Below the pieces are notes generated by a model that did no database searches, was not told the DNA's origin, and was given only the letters and a program-made list of their open reading frames with translations. DNA of 64,000 nt from Yuukianura sp. NJ FZ-2021 (taxonomy: Eukaryota): NCBI GenBank assembly GCA_046563655.1, contig CM102284.1:3968001-4032000 (forward strand), read 5' to 3'. Shown piece by piece: positions 44,925 to 58,571 of this stretch; the first letter of the stretch is position 1; every line of letters begins with the position of its first letter. The position numbers and the translations under genes are program-made.

Positions 44925-46078
44925 TCAGTAACGCACGGATGTTTTGGTCTCGCCCACCCAGTAGAGTGTATCTGGAACATGGTAAGTTGGAACAAGTTCC
45001 ATTTGCTCAACAGGCTTAACTTCGACTGGATTGTTCTTCAAAGTCTCGATTCGTTTAATCGTTTCTTGAATTGCATCTTCAACGGAACAGGGAAGTCTCA
45101 TAGAGTCCTCATCAGCCTTGATTTGATTCAGTGCAGCTAGTTTCTCTTCTAGAAATGGAATCTTTTGATTCTCCAGCTCCAATCGGTAGTCAAACATTTT
45201 CTTGGATCGAATGGCATTACAGTAGATAGTTGTCAGTTTCTCCAGAGCCGTCTTTCGGTAAAGTGTTTCAAAAACTCTGGAAAGTACAAACAAATACATG
45301 TAATTCCCCGTATTTCCAGTTTTAAGGTAAGTTGTGCTTGAACTGTATTTACTCTGGAAGTGGCTTGTAGATGATTCCAAGAAGTTGTAGTACCCATTCG
45401 AACTTTTTGACGTCCTCGTTCCTTAATTTTGTTAAATGCTTGTGCCGTTTTGCAATAAATTCGAGGCAACGGCTCTTCTGCTTCCCACGACAAAGCTTAT
45501 AATTCGCTTGAAACATATCCTGGAAATTCCGGATTTGGACTGTCAACCTTGCAACTGTGTAACAAAACATTGTTATTATTATCCAGACCTTATCTGAGCA
45601 GTTTAACATCGAAAATTCGGATTTGTTTACTTTTGTATTCTGCAGACGAAGTGTCATACTTGTGCCGTTTCGTCAAAACCGTTGTGTCCTCCATGATTAC
45701 ATTTGTGGTATCCTTTCTGCATCCTAGGGCTACTGTAAAAAGTTTACGTTCATCCTCTTCTAACCTAAAAATTAGAATTCAGACAAAGTAGAACAAAAGT
45801 AGCGGTCGAAAATATGCGATCAATGTAGTCTCTAGTGCTTACTGATCGATAGTTTCTGAGAACGGTCTGTACTCCAGGCGCAATGTCTTCGGGTCAATCT
45901 TGGTTAACGGCTTCATGTCACATGTCTTTTGAGGATGCCATACCTCGAATTGATGTGGCTCATTCCACTGAATAATTTCATGGAACTCATGTTTTACATA
46001 AACACATTGTGTTGACCTTAGAGTACTGAATTGGCGAATCAAGTTTATCCATCCCGGGCGAGGACAAAATAGTGTCAT
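44925..46078 (-). CDS. MRPS15: Mitochondrial ribosomal protein S15
   Basis: Mitochondrial presequence-like N-terminus (LIRQFSTL); VARLTVQIRNFQ..LEFIAKRHKHLTKLRNEDVKKFEWVLQLLGIIYKP S15 core; metazoan MRPS15-type tail (LELENQKIPFLEEK). Confidence 0.88.
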
Positions 46079-46642
46079 CCTTTGTATCCCTTGACACGGC
46101 GAACAAATGTCAACTCCAAAAAAATTGGTGAGAAATACTCCAAGTTTAAAATTAACGAAACCGAAACAACGATTTATGATTAAAAAGTTTTCCAAAAAAA
46201 AATGTTGTTTTGGTTTGAAATATGAATGAAAATCAAAATTTTCTACAAATAAAAATCGCGCTTCAGATATTCAAGTTTATACCATGTGCACTGGATGACG
46301 CTGGAGTGACAAGTTTCTGACGACGACTTAATCAGGTAAAAATTTTTTAAGTCATTCATTATCATTACACTTTCAGGGTCAACATTTTTTTCAAAGTATC
46401 AGTATTTTCAGTGTCAAAATTCCCAAAAGGTCAAGCTACAAAACAGGAGAGCGAAGAGGTGACTAAAAAGTTAAGTTTAATTGATTATTTTTCCGACTAA
46501 AAAACTAAACTTTCGAAAGTGTAGGAAACAATTGAACATAAAGTTAAATAAATTGCAATTCAGAACTTTTGTGTGTTGATTTGAAGCTAAATTCTGACAT
46601 ATCAAAAACGCAAAACTACGAGCAAATTGATTTAGTTTAGAG

Positions 46643-47661
46643 ATGAGGCGAAGCACAGGCAATAAAACTATAGTGGTTGTACTTTGTGTTCTAAACTTTA
46701 GGAATGTGAGAGGTCAAGGGTCAGGTAAAGGGAACCAGACGCGTGTAGGTGAAACACCGGATGGGTGTCCGTTTTCCTTTGACTTTGGGCAATTTGCCTA
46801 CAAGTACAAACTTCCAGGAATTTGCGAATCGTTACTTCCAGATCACCTCAAGGAAGTATCACCTCAGCACAATCCAGTTCCATTTCGAGTGGGCCTGGAA
46901 CAAGTTGAATCTGACGATTCCTTCTATCACAGTAAGACATAAATTCAAACTCATATTTAAAAGATGTGACCTTAATGCCTAACGCATGATTGTGATGATC
47001 GGTGACCTTTGACCCTTGGAAATGTTAGTCAGCATAACCGTTGAACCTGGTTTCAACGACACCAAAATTGCTGGAGCCATTCTTAGGACGGAAAAAATCA
47101 AAGCCAATGGCAAAGTTACTCTCGACGTCCACGCAGGACACCTTGAAATTGATTCTCCAGAAGCCAGTGGCTACTGTTGTTCTAATTCAAAGTATCACGT
47201 GAGTCCATTTATAGCTAGCTATTCGTTCTGTTCAAGTGCTTAATTTACATTTTTTTTAAACTTCCTCAGTCGCTCATACATTTCTTCCAGAAAGATCCTA
47301 AACTTCAACCGAAAGTGGTAAAAGTTCGGTGGTATCCAATGAATTTCGGTGTAGGAAGGATCATGCTAGAGTAAACCAAAACTTAATTTTAGTTAATATT
47401 AAATTACTTAATTTAATTGTTCAGCATGAAATTTTAATTGCATTTTGTTGAAAAACTTTTAGTGCGAACGTTTTCGCCGATGAAAAGCGTTACTGGTGAG
47501 CGTGTAATGTTTGATATTTTATATATTTTTGCAGTTTCCAAACAGATTCTTTCCCAGATTCAAAAACGGATTATTTTACTTCGTTTTTCAGGAAAATACG
47601 AGATTTAGAATTCAAAATTCCAATCGTAAGACCAACCACACCAGCAACACTGCAAGACTAA
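46643..47661 (+). CDS. Secreted divergent Reeler-like protein (about 5 exons)
   Basis: Signal peptide IVVVLCVLNFRNVRG; CESLLPDH...SPQHNPVPFRV; IAGAILR; YCCSNSKYH|SLIH..K..VKVRWYP..GRIMLDANVF....YW. This is the Reeler motif order. Confidence 0.6.
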
Positions 47662-47862
47662 CGAAAAAGTTGTATCCACAACATGAGTTTAATAATTTCT
47701 TGAAAGAATAAAATCCGCAATTATTAAATTTCTCTAAACTACAAACTATAATAAGTGCGCTTAAATGTCTTAGTAAACACAACATAACTTTAAATACGAT
47801 TTTCAATTAAATTCTCTTTTAAAATCCAATGAATTCAGGAATTTCTCATTCAGTTCCGGAAT

Positions 47863-50800
47863 TTATAATTTTGATACCTCCTGCTCCTGTTCCTCCTCTT
47901 CATCCCCAAAACAAATGGAGGTGTACTCGACTTTATTGGCCAGATTGGATGAGACGACTGTGGCAGCAACTGGTTCATCAACTGTGGTAACTAGGCCTTC
48001 CGTTGCCATCGGGCACGATAGAAGCTGGTTTTGTTCCTTTCGTGGTGATGCTGGTAAACTTTGGTCACCGTGACACTCTAAACACTCTGCCGGTCCATGT
48101 AGGCTCTGATTTTGACTTATAACATTGACTTCCGGTACAGGCACTGCTGGAATTTCTACTGGAACTGCTGCCACGGTGGATGTCAATGGATAAGATGTTT
48201 CGCCGGAGACTGAAAAAAAGCGAAAAGTATTCAATACAGATACTAGAATGTTGATTTAAAGGAGTGTTGCTAAATTGCTAACCTGATGGAGCAGCTCGAA
48301 TCAGTTCTGCTCGAAGTGACGGCAGAAACGAATCAATCTTCTCCCACGTCAAGGCCCATAGTTTGGTATATCCATCTGGTGTATGGAAAATTCCAGCAGT
48401 CTCCATCACCAGAAGCAAATTCTTCAAACTTTCTGGAATTGCTTCCAAAAGTAATTCGCTTCGATCAGAGTGGTTCATGTACTTGTCCAAGTACTCTAGA
48501 ATTTGAAGCCAAAGGGTCGTAAATCCTTCCAGTTGCAAAAGTGGCGTAAGATGCTGTAAGAAAACTTTGCAAAGGAGAGTTGCAGCACGCATTCGCGTTT
48601 CCTCCATTCCTGCAGTATCTGATGGGTTAACTTCCAGTAGTTTTGACATTAGTGGAAATAGTACCTGAAGTTCAAAGTTCAATCACAACCATGTCCAGAA
48701 GAAAAAATAATTAAAAAATTTTTTTTTTCCTCAAATAAATTTTTCATACCTCGTTGAAACAAGATTGCCATTCTAGAGGAGTCAATTGCTGAAGGTCATG
48801 AACGAGAAGGGCACGCTGAAGATAAGTTAACGCTACTGTCCTGACTTGTTTTCTTGAATCCGAGCAGAGAACCACAATCGCTTGTAAGAGGGGCTTCCAG
48901 CCCAAAGACCAAAGAGAAGCCATTTCATCAACACCTCCTGTTGTGCAAGACATTTCCTTTTGCCACCACTGGAATATTTGGGCCGCTCGAGTATGTAGCG
49001 TATGAAGCAAATCCAGTAGCTGAAAAAAATGGAACTGGATTAAATTCAACTGAAAATTACAAAATATTGTACTGAAGAAATTGCAAATTACCTGAACAGC
49101 AACTTGCTGAGTAGCTACTGCCTGGTCTTCGTTATCACTTTCATCAGCGTCATAGGCAGCAGAAGGCACAGAAGCTGGAAATGACTTTGATTTGGGAATA
49201 CTATGGTCACCGGTCTTCTTGGTACGTCGTTTTTTGTTGCCAGTTTGAGACTGGTGATGATTCGTCGCCTTTACTTTCATGGTGGAGGCTTCAACAAATG
49301 AGCGAATGGCTCCAACACAAAGAGTGAAATTATCTGGCGTAATATGAGCAGCATCTCTGACCAGAAATGATAGACTTTCACAACACTTGACCAAGGATTT
49401 CGGATCGGGGTAAAACAAGTTTTGTCCTGCTAGTGGAGTCGGAGCAGCTCGACGAGGTGAAGAACTTAGCTGTTGACCTTGACCTTGAAGTTGTTGATCG
49501 TCTTGGCTCAACTGTAATTTGAATTATGCTATCATTCAATTCAATCATTACTCTTCGCAAAAAATTGAAAATTTTGACAATTACCAGTATCCAACTTTGT
49601 GCTGGAGACACATTTCCGAGTCGACCATTTTCATTGCCGTTTTTAATTTCCAGCTCAGAGTCTGATGTGTAGCCTCTATCGGATCCACTGGAATGGGCAA
49701 CTTGACCCGAATTTAGAAATTGTGGAATTGGATCTTGAGAAAGTGAATGATGCAGTGTAGAAGTAAGAGAGGCCGTTTTAAGGTCACGCGATGAATTTGA
49801 AGCTTTCGTGGCAGAAACAGTAGTAGGGGATTTGAGTGGATTCAGATTCGGATTAACAACACCAGCAGTTAGAGTTGGCGGTAACTTCCCAGCGCCAATG
49901 TACTCCAGCACAGTAAATATGATGCTCCATTCGTCAGTACTATGAATGTTAGCAGCAGTTGTCTTCAAAATTTCATGCAACCCAAAACTGAGTTGCTGAC
50001 TCAATTGAATCACAGCGGCAGGTCGCAAGTACAGCAATATTTTCAGTGATTGGAGGACCTGAAAACAACATCGTGACAACGTTGGCTCAACGTATTTTAT
50101 TTTAAATCAGCGATTTAACTCACGCGAGAACAGAGATCTTCCTTCCGCATAAGTCGCAGCGCTACTCGAAGCAATCCTACTGTAGCTCGTTCCAGGATAT
50201 ACGGCATGTCGCAACCCGCTGTTGCTATTATCATAGCAAACAAATGTTCTTGAACGGTATCCCAAAATTCCAAGGCTCTATCGCGATTTTGGATGGTAAT
50301 TTTCAAAAGAACTTCTAAGACAAACGCAGTCTGGTCTTCATCGGTATCTTTTCGCTTCGATTCGGGAACAGGAGATGAAGAAATTAAAGCCTGAGTAATG
50401 ATAAAAATCGAAACTATCAAAAACGCTGATTTTCCACCTCACGACAAATATGTTATACTGTACCTTCATTAGGTCCAGCAGCGATTCAAGTTGTAAAAAT
50501 TTCGATTCAGACAAGAGCAGTTCTGGTCGACACTCTAGAATCAAAACCTGAATTTTCTTTTTTCCTTCTTCCTCTTCAGCGTTTGAAGATTTGCTGCCTG
50601 GAGAATCTGGAAAACCAACAATAAACTTATCACCACTCTATTCCTTAATTGAAAAAAATCACTAGATTTTCGAAAATTCAATTCTTTACCAGTAGCACTT
50701 AAAGCAATGTACGAGTAGATTGATGAAAACAGTCCCGTTTCCTGCCTTGGAACAGAAATTTGACTACGCCTGATCAGCGATATTCTTCCAGAAGGTTCCG

Positions 50801-53800
50801 TGAAATCTTCGGATTCTGTCAGGATTTTGGGCAATACTTGAAGTTTGAACAGTGTGATGAGACAGTCTACAAAGCTCTTCCATCCCTCTCTGAGGATGTC
50901 TCCATGTCTATGAACAAGTTGAAATACTTGGCGACAACAGGCTTGTGTCTTGAGGTTTGTGCTCAACTCTGATCCATTTCCGGTCGGTAGAGTTGTGAAC
51001 TTGCAAAGTGTCGTGATTAGGTAGTCAAACACATCAGACATTCCGTAATGGGCTGAAATTGTTGCACATTTCTGAAACGCCATCATCGTCTTTGAAATTA
51101 AGGCCGAGTCGTTTGTTTTGTCAAATACGACGGACAATGCTGTGACAATTGGACTCCACGATAACGAGAACAGATCGTGATCATACACTCCTTCGTCTGA
51201 TCCCGCTGGAGTTTGGAATTTAGCCGAAGAGGTCATGCCACGCCGTAGCAGCAACTTCCATAAGTAATTTTCTTTCAAGACTCCCACATGCTCCGCTGGC
51301 ATCACAATTTCCTCAGATCTAAAATCGAAAACGAAAGTGTTCAAAATTTCAACATCTGTACTGTATCTTTATCTTGTTTTTCAACTTACTTGATTGAAGT
51401 GTAAATCTCCTTCAGCATGTCCGGATCGAAATCCTTCCCGCCATTGCAACCTTTAAGATTTGCCTTCAGAGCGTCTAGAGTCATTGAGTTTCCTTGTTTC
51501 TTGACGTTGGTATTGTGTTGATCCACGTTGAGCATAATGACTTGATAGGCCAAGATGTAGGCAGCATCTACGTTTGCAAACGGATTTCCATTAGATGTAC
51601 TCCAATGAGCAGAGAATTCTTCAAGGATTAGAGCAATTGGTCCAGCCTCTCCGGGTAATCGAAATGTTTCCAGGAAGATTCTCAGGGCTTCATCCACACG
51701 AAGCCGAGAAAAATCGAAGGAGCGGACATACTCCTTCAAAAATTCACTGTTCTTTCTATTGGAAATGTAGTCGCCAATGATTCGTTTATCCAACAGAGGA
51801 TTGTCACGTAGAAAACCGGCAACTTCAGTTGGGTCCAATGGGTCGCTGAGAATGCCGTGAGTTTGCAAAAATTGTATTCCCTTTGATGCGTGAAGATTGA
51901 ACTGTTCTGAACCCGTGTGAAAAATCTAGTACACAAGAAAAGAAGAGATAATCAGAATCTTTAGTTTTTAGGTAATTTAACTTGATCCAATTAAAATCAG
52001 TTACCTTCTTCTTGTGTCGTATTGCCATCAATTGCTCGTGCGTAGGAAGTCTCAATTCTTCTGAAGCTATAGGCGTGTTGAATGTCTTAGAGACGCTGTT
52101 AGTGCTGCTGATCCTATGATCATCGAATTGGTACCCCACAGGTTTGGGTACGGAGTCAAAGAAGTCTACTCGGTCTGGTGAAATTGGATCGTGATAGAAG
52201 ACGGACGAGTTGGATTCGTCTGAACCAGACGACGAAGACGTGTTGGCCGTTATGCGTAAAGTACAATGGCCTTCGATTCCGTCCAGAATTGACACAAGAC
52301 CTTCCAGGCACAACAAATGTGTTGTGTTGAGTCCAGCAGTGGCCTGCAGCGGTGCAACATTTTTTGAAAGAAGTTTGGTCGTATCTTCAAATATATTCGA
52401 ACAAAACAAATCACAGTCGTAGTTGAGGTAGAGTTCGGTAACAAAGCAGGGTAGCTTCCACAACTGAACCAAGAAATCTGAAAATTAATTAATTTGTAAG
52501 TAAGAAAAGCATAAGTTAATTAATCATTAGGTTAAATACAAAGTTAAAATTCTTACCTAGAGCAATTTCTCTTTGTTCGTAATTCCATTTTCCTTGTAAT
52601 TGGACATTTCCAGTTCCGACAGCAGTATTGCTCTCGTTATATAGTTCTCCAATTTTGATTAGAAAGCTCTCCAGTTGATACTTGAGAGAGTAGCGTAAGT
52701 TTTCGAAAATGATGAACAGGATTCGCAAGCTATTGAGCAGGATAGAACTGCTTGAGGGTGCTCCGGATTGTGTTGAAGGAAAATAGCTAAGAAGTCCAAT
52801 TAGGTTTTTACACAACTCGTTCTTAACTTGGGACATGATTGGTGTATGTAGACCAATAGCTTCGATTCCAGTTTCAATTGATACCAACAGTAACTTCAGT
52901 CCAAGATGGATCATAACTTCTGTATTTTGTTTCTCTTGTGGATTGATTAGTGACAGGAGAAACCGAAACAGTTCTCGAACACATGGGATTCCGTAAGGCA
53001 CAGTAATTTTTCCGCGAATTGTTGGTGAAATGATTGTTGGTTTTGTCCATTCTTCCTCCACAAGGATAGCGGCAGTACTACTGACAACAGGGTTGGCACC
53101 AATTGTGAACTTGACCTAAATATGAAATTGGAATTAGAAAGTACTCTCAGCGACTTTGCACTAAAATTATTGTTCAATGTGACTTACTCCGCTGGCATTT
53201 TTGAATTCTTCCTTAGAATGTATCACTGTGACCTTCTCTGGTGGTGTTGGTTCTTCGACTTGAATAGACGGTGGTTCCTGTATTTGACTGATCTTAGCCT
53301 CTGGCGATGACACGTCAGGTTTTGAACTCACGTCGCTAACTTTGCCATCAACATTCTTCTGTTCTTCATCCGCAATATGTGACTCGGGATCCAATACGCT
53401 AACCGGACTTCCGTCTAAAGCTAGATTAGCATCAGGATCGGTCACGAATAGGGTTCCGAGAGTATCATCTTTCTGTCCGTCATCCCCGACAGTAGTGTGC
53501 TCCGTTTGTCCAGAAATTATGGGCGATGGTGGCAAGTCCTTAGACGGGGCAACGGCGATGGATGGTTGTGCTCTTGCTGATGACGTACTGCCACCACTTT
53601 GATTGTTGTACTTTCTTCCCGCTTCTACTACTGGAAAAGTGTGCAACCGTGAAAATAACAGGCGAATCATATCTGTTAGTGCCGTTTCGGCCGACTTTCT
53701 GAGTAGCTCGTTTGCCCGATCGATGAAACACATCCGGAAACACGCTTGCATCAATTCACAAACACTTTCATTCGACAAGAGCGGTCCAAGAGGGCTCAAA

Positions 53801-54398
53801 AACATGCGATGCAGAACCTGTTGAAGAGAATTAATTAAGTCAACATACACAAGGCTTATGTTCACAATTACTACATTTGACTTACGTTAAGAATTTTCAT
53901 AAGAACGAGTTCATCAGACGCAGAATCCGTTGAAACAAAGTGAGCGTGAATAACAGCATCAGTTATAGCTTCTACAGCACCACCAGATCCGTTAGCTTCA
54001 TTGATAATTTCATAGGCAATAAATTTTTCAATTGCAGAAAGTGCCAACGACGTCACTGGACCAGAGGTCTCTTCGGATCGAATCACATCCAAAAACGGAA
54101 CCAGAAAGTAGTTGGCATCGACATTAATCTTTACTCCAGTTGACTTGGATGAACTATCAAGTGAATCTTTCAGTGCTTGAAGTTTTCTAAGGATTATGTC
54201 CGTCTTGGATTCCTAAAATTGTTTATACAGTTAACTCTCGTCTTCAAGTACAAGAACTTCTAAATACTTTAAACGTCATCAATATTGAACCTGCTGATGT
54301 GAAGCCCATCGTGCTGCTCGTCGCAAGCTACCGATTATGACACAAATCTCTCCCCGAATCACAACCAGCGCTGCTCTATGGTTTCTCCTCGAAATCAT
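47863..54398 (-). CDS. GBF1: Golgi-specific brefeldin A-resistance Arf-GEF 1 (garz orthologue)
   Basis: FLVPFLDVIRSEETSGPVTSLAL (DCB), PYGIPCVRELFRFLLSLINP, ELYLNYDCD (HUS), Sec7 FLETFRLPGEA and IMLNVDQHN, EEIVMPAEH, MEETRMRAATLLCKVFLQHL. Confidence 0.97.
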
Positions 54399-55209
54399 CT
54401 TGAGGTCTTTGGCCGACACCGAGTTTTCCTGAATCCTGACAAAAAAAAAAGAACAACCAATTTAAATCTTGCAAATAATTACACTATTCCATTGATTTTT
54501 TGATAATTAATGGATTTATGGAACGTACACCACTAATCCCTGCTGGATCCTTATATCAATAAATAACCGAATTCTCCAGCGATAGGTGATTGGAAACAGC
54601 TGTTACCGAGTTCAACTGGACCTTCCACGGGTAAAAAAATTGCCTGAATGTGTCGTCTATTTTTTTTTCGGTAGATCCAAGAACTGAATGTGTTGAGTTG
54701 ACTAAATACTTAATGAAAAATTGACGAAGCAGGAAGTACAATTAGAAACGTAGGATTAACTAACTAATTGATTAGTACTTTTACTTCCTGCTCCTGAAAT
54801 TAACAAGGAGAAAGTGAATCCCCTTTACAATTTGACAAGGCAAAACCTTGAAATGACAATTATGACACGTTGCACTCTTGCACTCCCGTCCCAGTCCCAC
54901 TTCAAGAATTCCACTCTTGAGACAAAACATTTGACATTTCGTTTAAACTTATGTTTTAATGACTATACGTTACTAGAGGATTAGCATTAAGTTCATTTAG
55001 CATTAAGTGCTCTTACTGTATTTTGACTTGAGACGGACGGATTACTCAGACTAAAGCTTAAATCTAAAAAATAGTAGACATTGCACTTAAGGGGTGATTT
55101 GCTTCCTTTGTTAAACGAGCTTTTTCTGTAGTAGAATTAGTATTTACTTGTAGAATGTTTTGCTTAGGAAGATTGTATCGATGAAATAAGCTGCGACAGA
55201 TTTGTTTGT

Positions 55210-57173
55210 TTAATCCAGAAATAATTCATTCCAGAGGAACGGTGGAATGCAATGTTCTGCTGTAGTAATGACTGAATTGTGGTACTTCATCAATACTTCC
55301 AGATAGTCGTCCTTCTGAAATTACAAATTTTGTCTTTATTTACATCTTTTTCTTTTTCTGAAATGTTAGGACTAAGTTTTGAAAGTGATTCAACACTCAC
55401 CTCCTTAAAATCCTCCGGACCGAAAACGAGTTTTTGAAGGCGTCGGAGTTGCCCAGCTTGGCTGGCGTAAATAACGCCCTTCCAGCACTCAATGCTGCCG
55501 CAGAAGAACTTCAAATGTGTCAGTACTAGTTCAAAAAAAAAACATTTGTTAATACACGCACTGCGACATTTAAAATGATTAATTTATCCATCAAAAAACT
55601 TTAAAAATTAAAAGTTGTGTTTTAAAATTTTATGCTTACCCGGAAAATTCCGAAAGGAGTCGATTGATTCCGAAGTTTTCCCAGTTTCTACGAGAGAATT
55701 CGTAATCATGCTGTGTGAGATGTATTGAGCTCCATTAGTTAGGTGGTTCCAGTGTTTCAGTTGAAGGTCACGGTCCCCCCCATCAGGTCCATTATAATCG
55801 GAGTCGATATAAATGTGCAGTTTTTGAACTTTCGGAAACCGGAAAATCCCTTCTAATGTTTCAGAAGCAACGCACAAGTCAGTAACGTTGGGGAGTACTA
55901 ATGGCCAATGTTGCCGTTCCTGCTCCGTTTTCAAATAAATTTGTGCGAATTTCACATTTGGAAAAATGCATCCAGCGAAGATGAACTTATCGGTTGTTCC
56001 ACGATAAATGCAGTCGAGCGTTGTGAGAGCTGGAAACTGCACCGGTTGGCTCAAGGCGACACATTTGTACCAGAAAAAGAACTCCAAACATGTAATGTTT
56101 GCGTGGGATTGGAGAGGAAGTGTAATTGGACCAACATATTGGTCACGACCATTGGTGTCGCTCCAGAAGTGCAGACATTCGAGAAAAAGCCTGCGCAACG
56201 ATGTCAGCTTTTGAATCCAATTAAAAATAATTTCCAGTGTTTGTGGTAAACTTCCAGAACTCGGATCTCGGGGCTTTAAGATTAATTTCAAGTCCATAAT
56301 TTTGTATTTTGTTGAAATTGCAACCAAGTTTTCGAGTTCATCCATATTCAAAGCCGGAAACTGAAGAAGCAGAACCAACTTTTGAATGAGGACGGGTCGG
56401 TCGATTCTGTAGATCTGGTGTAGGATGTTTGTAACAAAGGCAGGGTATGATTCTTCGTCATCGTGTAGGTCTCCATTTCGGATTGACACGTTCCTGAGAT
56501 TTGGAGCTTTTTGCAAAATATCCAGCGGGCGGAAATCGTATTGGTCCTCAGAATCGTAGAACTCGATTTTGATTGTTTTTAAATTTTTTAGTACAGGGAT
56601 TTCCACAGCTTTTGACATTTTCTCTTTCACAACTGGGTACACGATTTCTTCTACATTTTCGAATTTGTCAAATAGGATTTGGATGTTGTTTAAAAGTGAA
56701 TTCTCGTGTGGCGGTTGTGGACGGACATAAATCCAAATTCGACAGGATTTCACAATACTTCCAAATTGGACACAAAACTCCTCCAACGGCTGCCCGTACG
56801 TGGAGAGATTTTTACTGAATCCAAACTTTTGGAACGGAACGACCGTTTTGTTTCGTTGAAACACCGAAATAAACTTCACAATGTCCGAGTCTTTCCGAAA
56901 GTTCACTCGAAACAACTTTGGTACGCATGTCGTTGCAAGTTGATTGAACCGGTGGTTCACCAGGCGTAACTTTGGTATTTCTTGTTCTTCCAAACAACCG
57001 ATAATTTGAAGCAGAATCTGAAAGACAAGAACGTTGTTAGTAATAACATAGATTATTTATGTCAAATCAGAGTTTAAGATTCAATATTACACTGAGAAGT
57101 CAACAAAAACGTTTCTAATTTTAACTGTTTTTTTTATCTCCAAATCTTGTTTAGGATTTATTTTTAAACGCAT
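55210..57173 (-). CDS. Divergent F-box-like protein with LRR-like C-terminal region
   Basis: ILLQIIGCLEEQEIPKLRLVNHRFNQLA (F-box-like), followed by LxxLxL repeats (LKNLKTIKI, APNLRNVSI, LTSLRRLFL, FPALTTLDC, FPKVQKLHI). Start exon inferred. Confidence 0.65.
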
Positions 57174-57342
57174 TTTCACATGCTGAGGTTAGTTGGAAAT
57201 TTTTGTTTCGTGAGGAATACGTTATGATGAATCATGAACCTTAAAATAACGTTATTCAACGAAATGCAGATCCAAAAAACAGTGGCATGAAACAAACGTA
57301 TATTGGCTTCAAGCTCGAAAGTTTAGTTTTGAACATTAGAAA

Positions 57343-58221
57343 TCAAGTTGACGTTACTTCATTTGGAACGGAATCCATCGTGGCAGTGCAAGACAAACGA
57401 GCGGGATCACGAACTGGTTCAACAAATGAACTCGATGTAGCACACGGATTCTGTACTTCACTGTGATTAGTTAACGTTCCTGGAGTAGACGGAAAACAAA
57501 CCCCACTTCTTAAAGCAGAAAAACTGATCTCCACAGAAAGCACAGCTTCCTCCAGGTCTAATAAAAAAAAATCAATTCAGCCCGCAAAAAAAAACATCAT
57601 ACGGAAAATCTGGTTTTGTTACTCACTCTTCATATCTGTTTCGTCATTCCACGGTTTGACGACATCTAGGATCACGTTTGACTTGGCAATGGACTCAGGC
57701 TCTTTGCTCTTATTCCCTGCGCAGGCTTTGAGACGATGTTCTCGAATCTTGGCATCCTGCGAACCATAAATCATTATTACAGTCTCAATTCTCCAGCCAA
57801 TCCTTTTCTAAAAAGTATTACCTCTTCTTTATCAGATGCAAAAAGATCAATATCTTCTTCTTCATCCTCATCAGCAGCCCCGTATTTGACAGGAGCAGCT
57901 GAAAAAGTAGCAGAACATGTTCCTGATGCCCCGAAACTGGCTTTCAATGCTCCGAAGCTGTTGATGTGATTGTACCATCGGAGGACATGAGGATGTGAAG
58001 AATCCGGAGTGGATTTGATGAGATCAAGCGTTTTGGTATCAGCACTGCTCGGAGAATACCTGTTCAGAATCAGCCAGTTGTTAATCTGTTAATCTGTTGG
58101 AATTCATGTGCAAAAACTAGCAAATTCTTAATCTAAATTACCCTTCGACGTAGGAGTGGGACTTGAGATGTTCATTGAGTTTAGCCAATCCAGCAGCTGT
58201 TGTGACGTCACCGAACGACAT
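57343..58221 (-). pseudogene. EEF1B2: Elongation factor 1-beta-like copy with a truncated/replaced C-terminal GEF domain (pseudogene or neofunctionalised paralog)
   Basis: MSFGDVTTAAGLAKLNEHLKSHSYVEG|YSPSSAD..HVLRWYNHI..DEDEEEDIDLFASDKEE..IAKSNVILDVVKPWNDETDMK|DLEEAVLSVE, followed by unrelated sequence instead of the expected [21 protein letters not shown] region. Confidence 0.7.
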
Positions 58222-58455
58222 GTTGCAGAGGAAATGAAATTAAATGAGGCTAGAGTAATCGGTTTACAATCAATTAATCGACAACCGGTCTTGTACTCGC
58301 GTCGCGGGTGGTAAGAAGATGAGAGAAGGACGAGATCAGCTGACACACGACTTCGCCAAAGATTTTGAATGACAAAAAAAAAGCCAAAGCCGCTACTACA
58401 CTATGAGGGGAGAAAACCCGAAATATTCCTCAACAGATTTACATCTGGATTTCCT

Positions 58456-58571
58456 GATGTGTGAAATTTCACACATCTGGAAATACAAAAACACAACTGA
58501 AATCCAGATGTGTGAAATTAAACACATCTCAAATTACGAAAACACAACAGGAATTCTGATGTGTGAAATTT
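58456..58571. repeat. 51-bp tandem repeat (about 2.3 copies) whose first copy contains a perfect 22-bp palindrome
   Basis: GATGTGTGAAATT starts at 58456, 58507 and 58558. GATGTGTGAAATTTCACACATC (58456-58477) is self-complementary. Confidence 0.85.

Noticed and set aside
58456-58571. CRISPR-like array (palindromic repeat with spacers)
   Set aside because: The intervening segments are similar to each other, so this is a tandem repeat. There are only about 2.3 units, no cas genes, and the context is eukaryotic.
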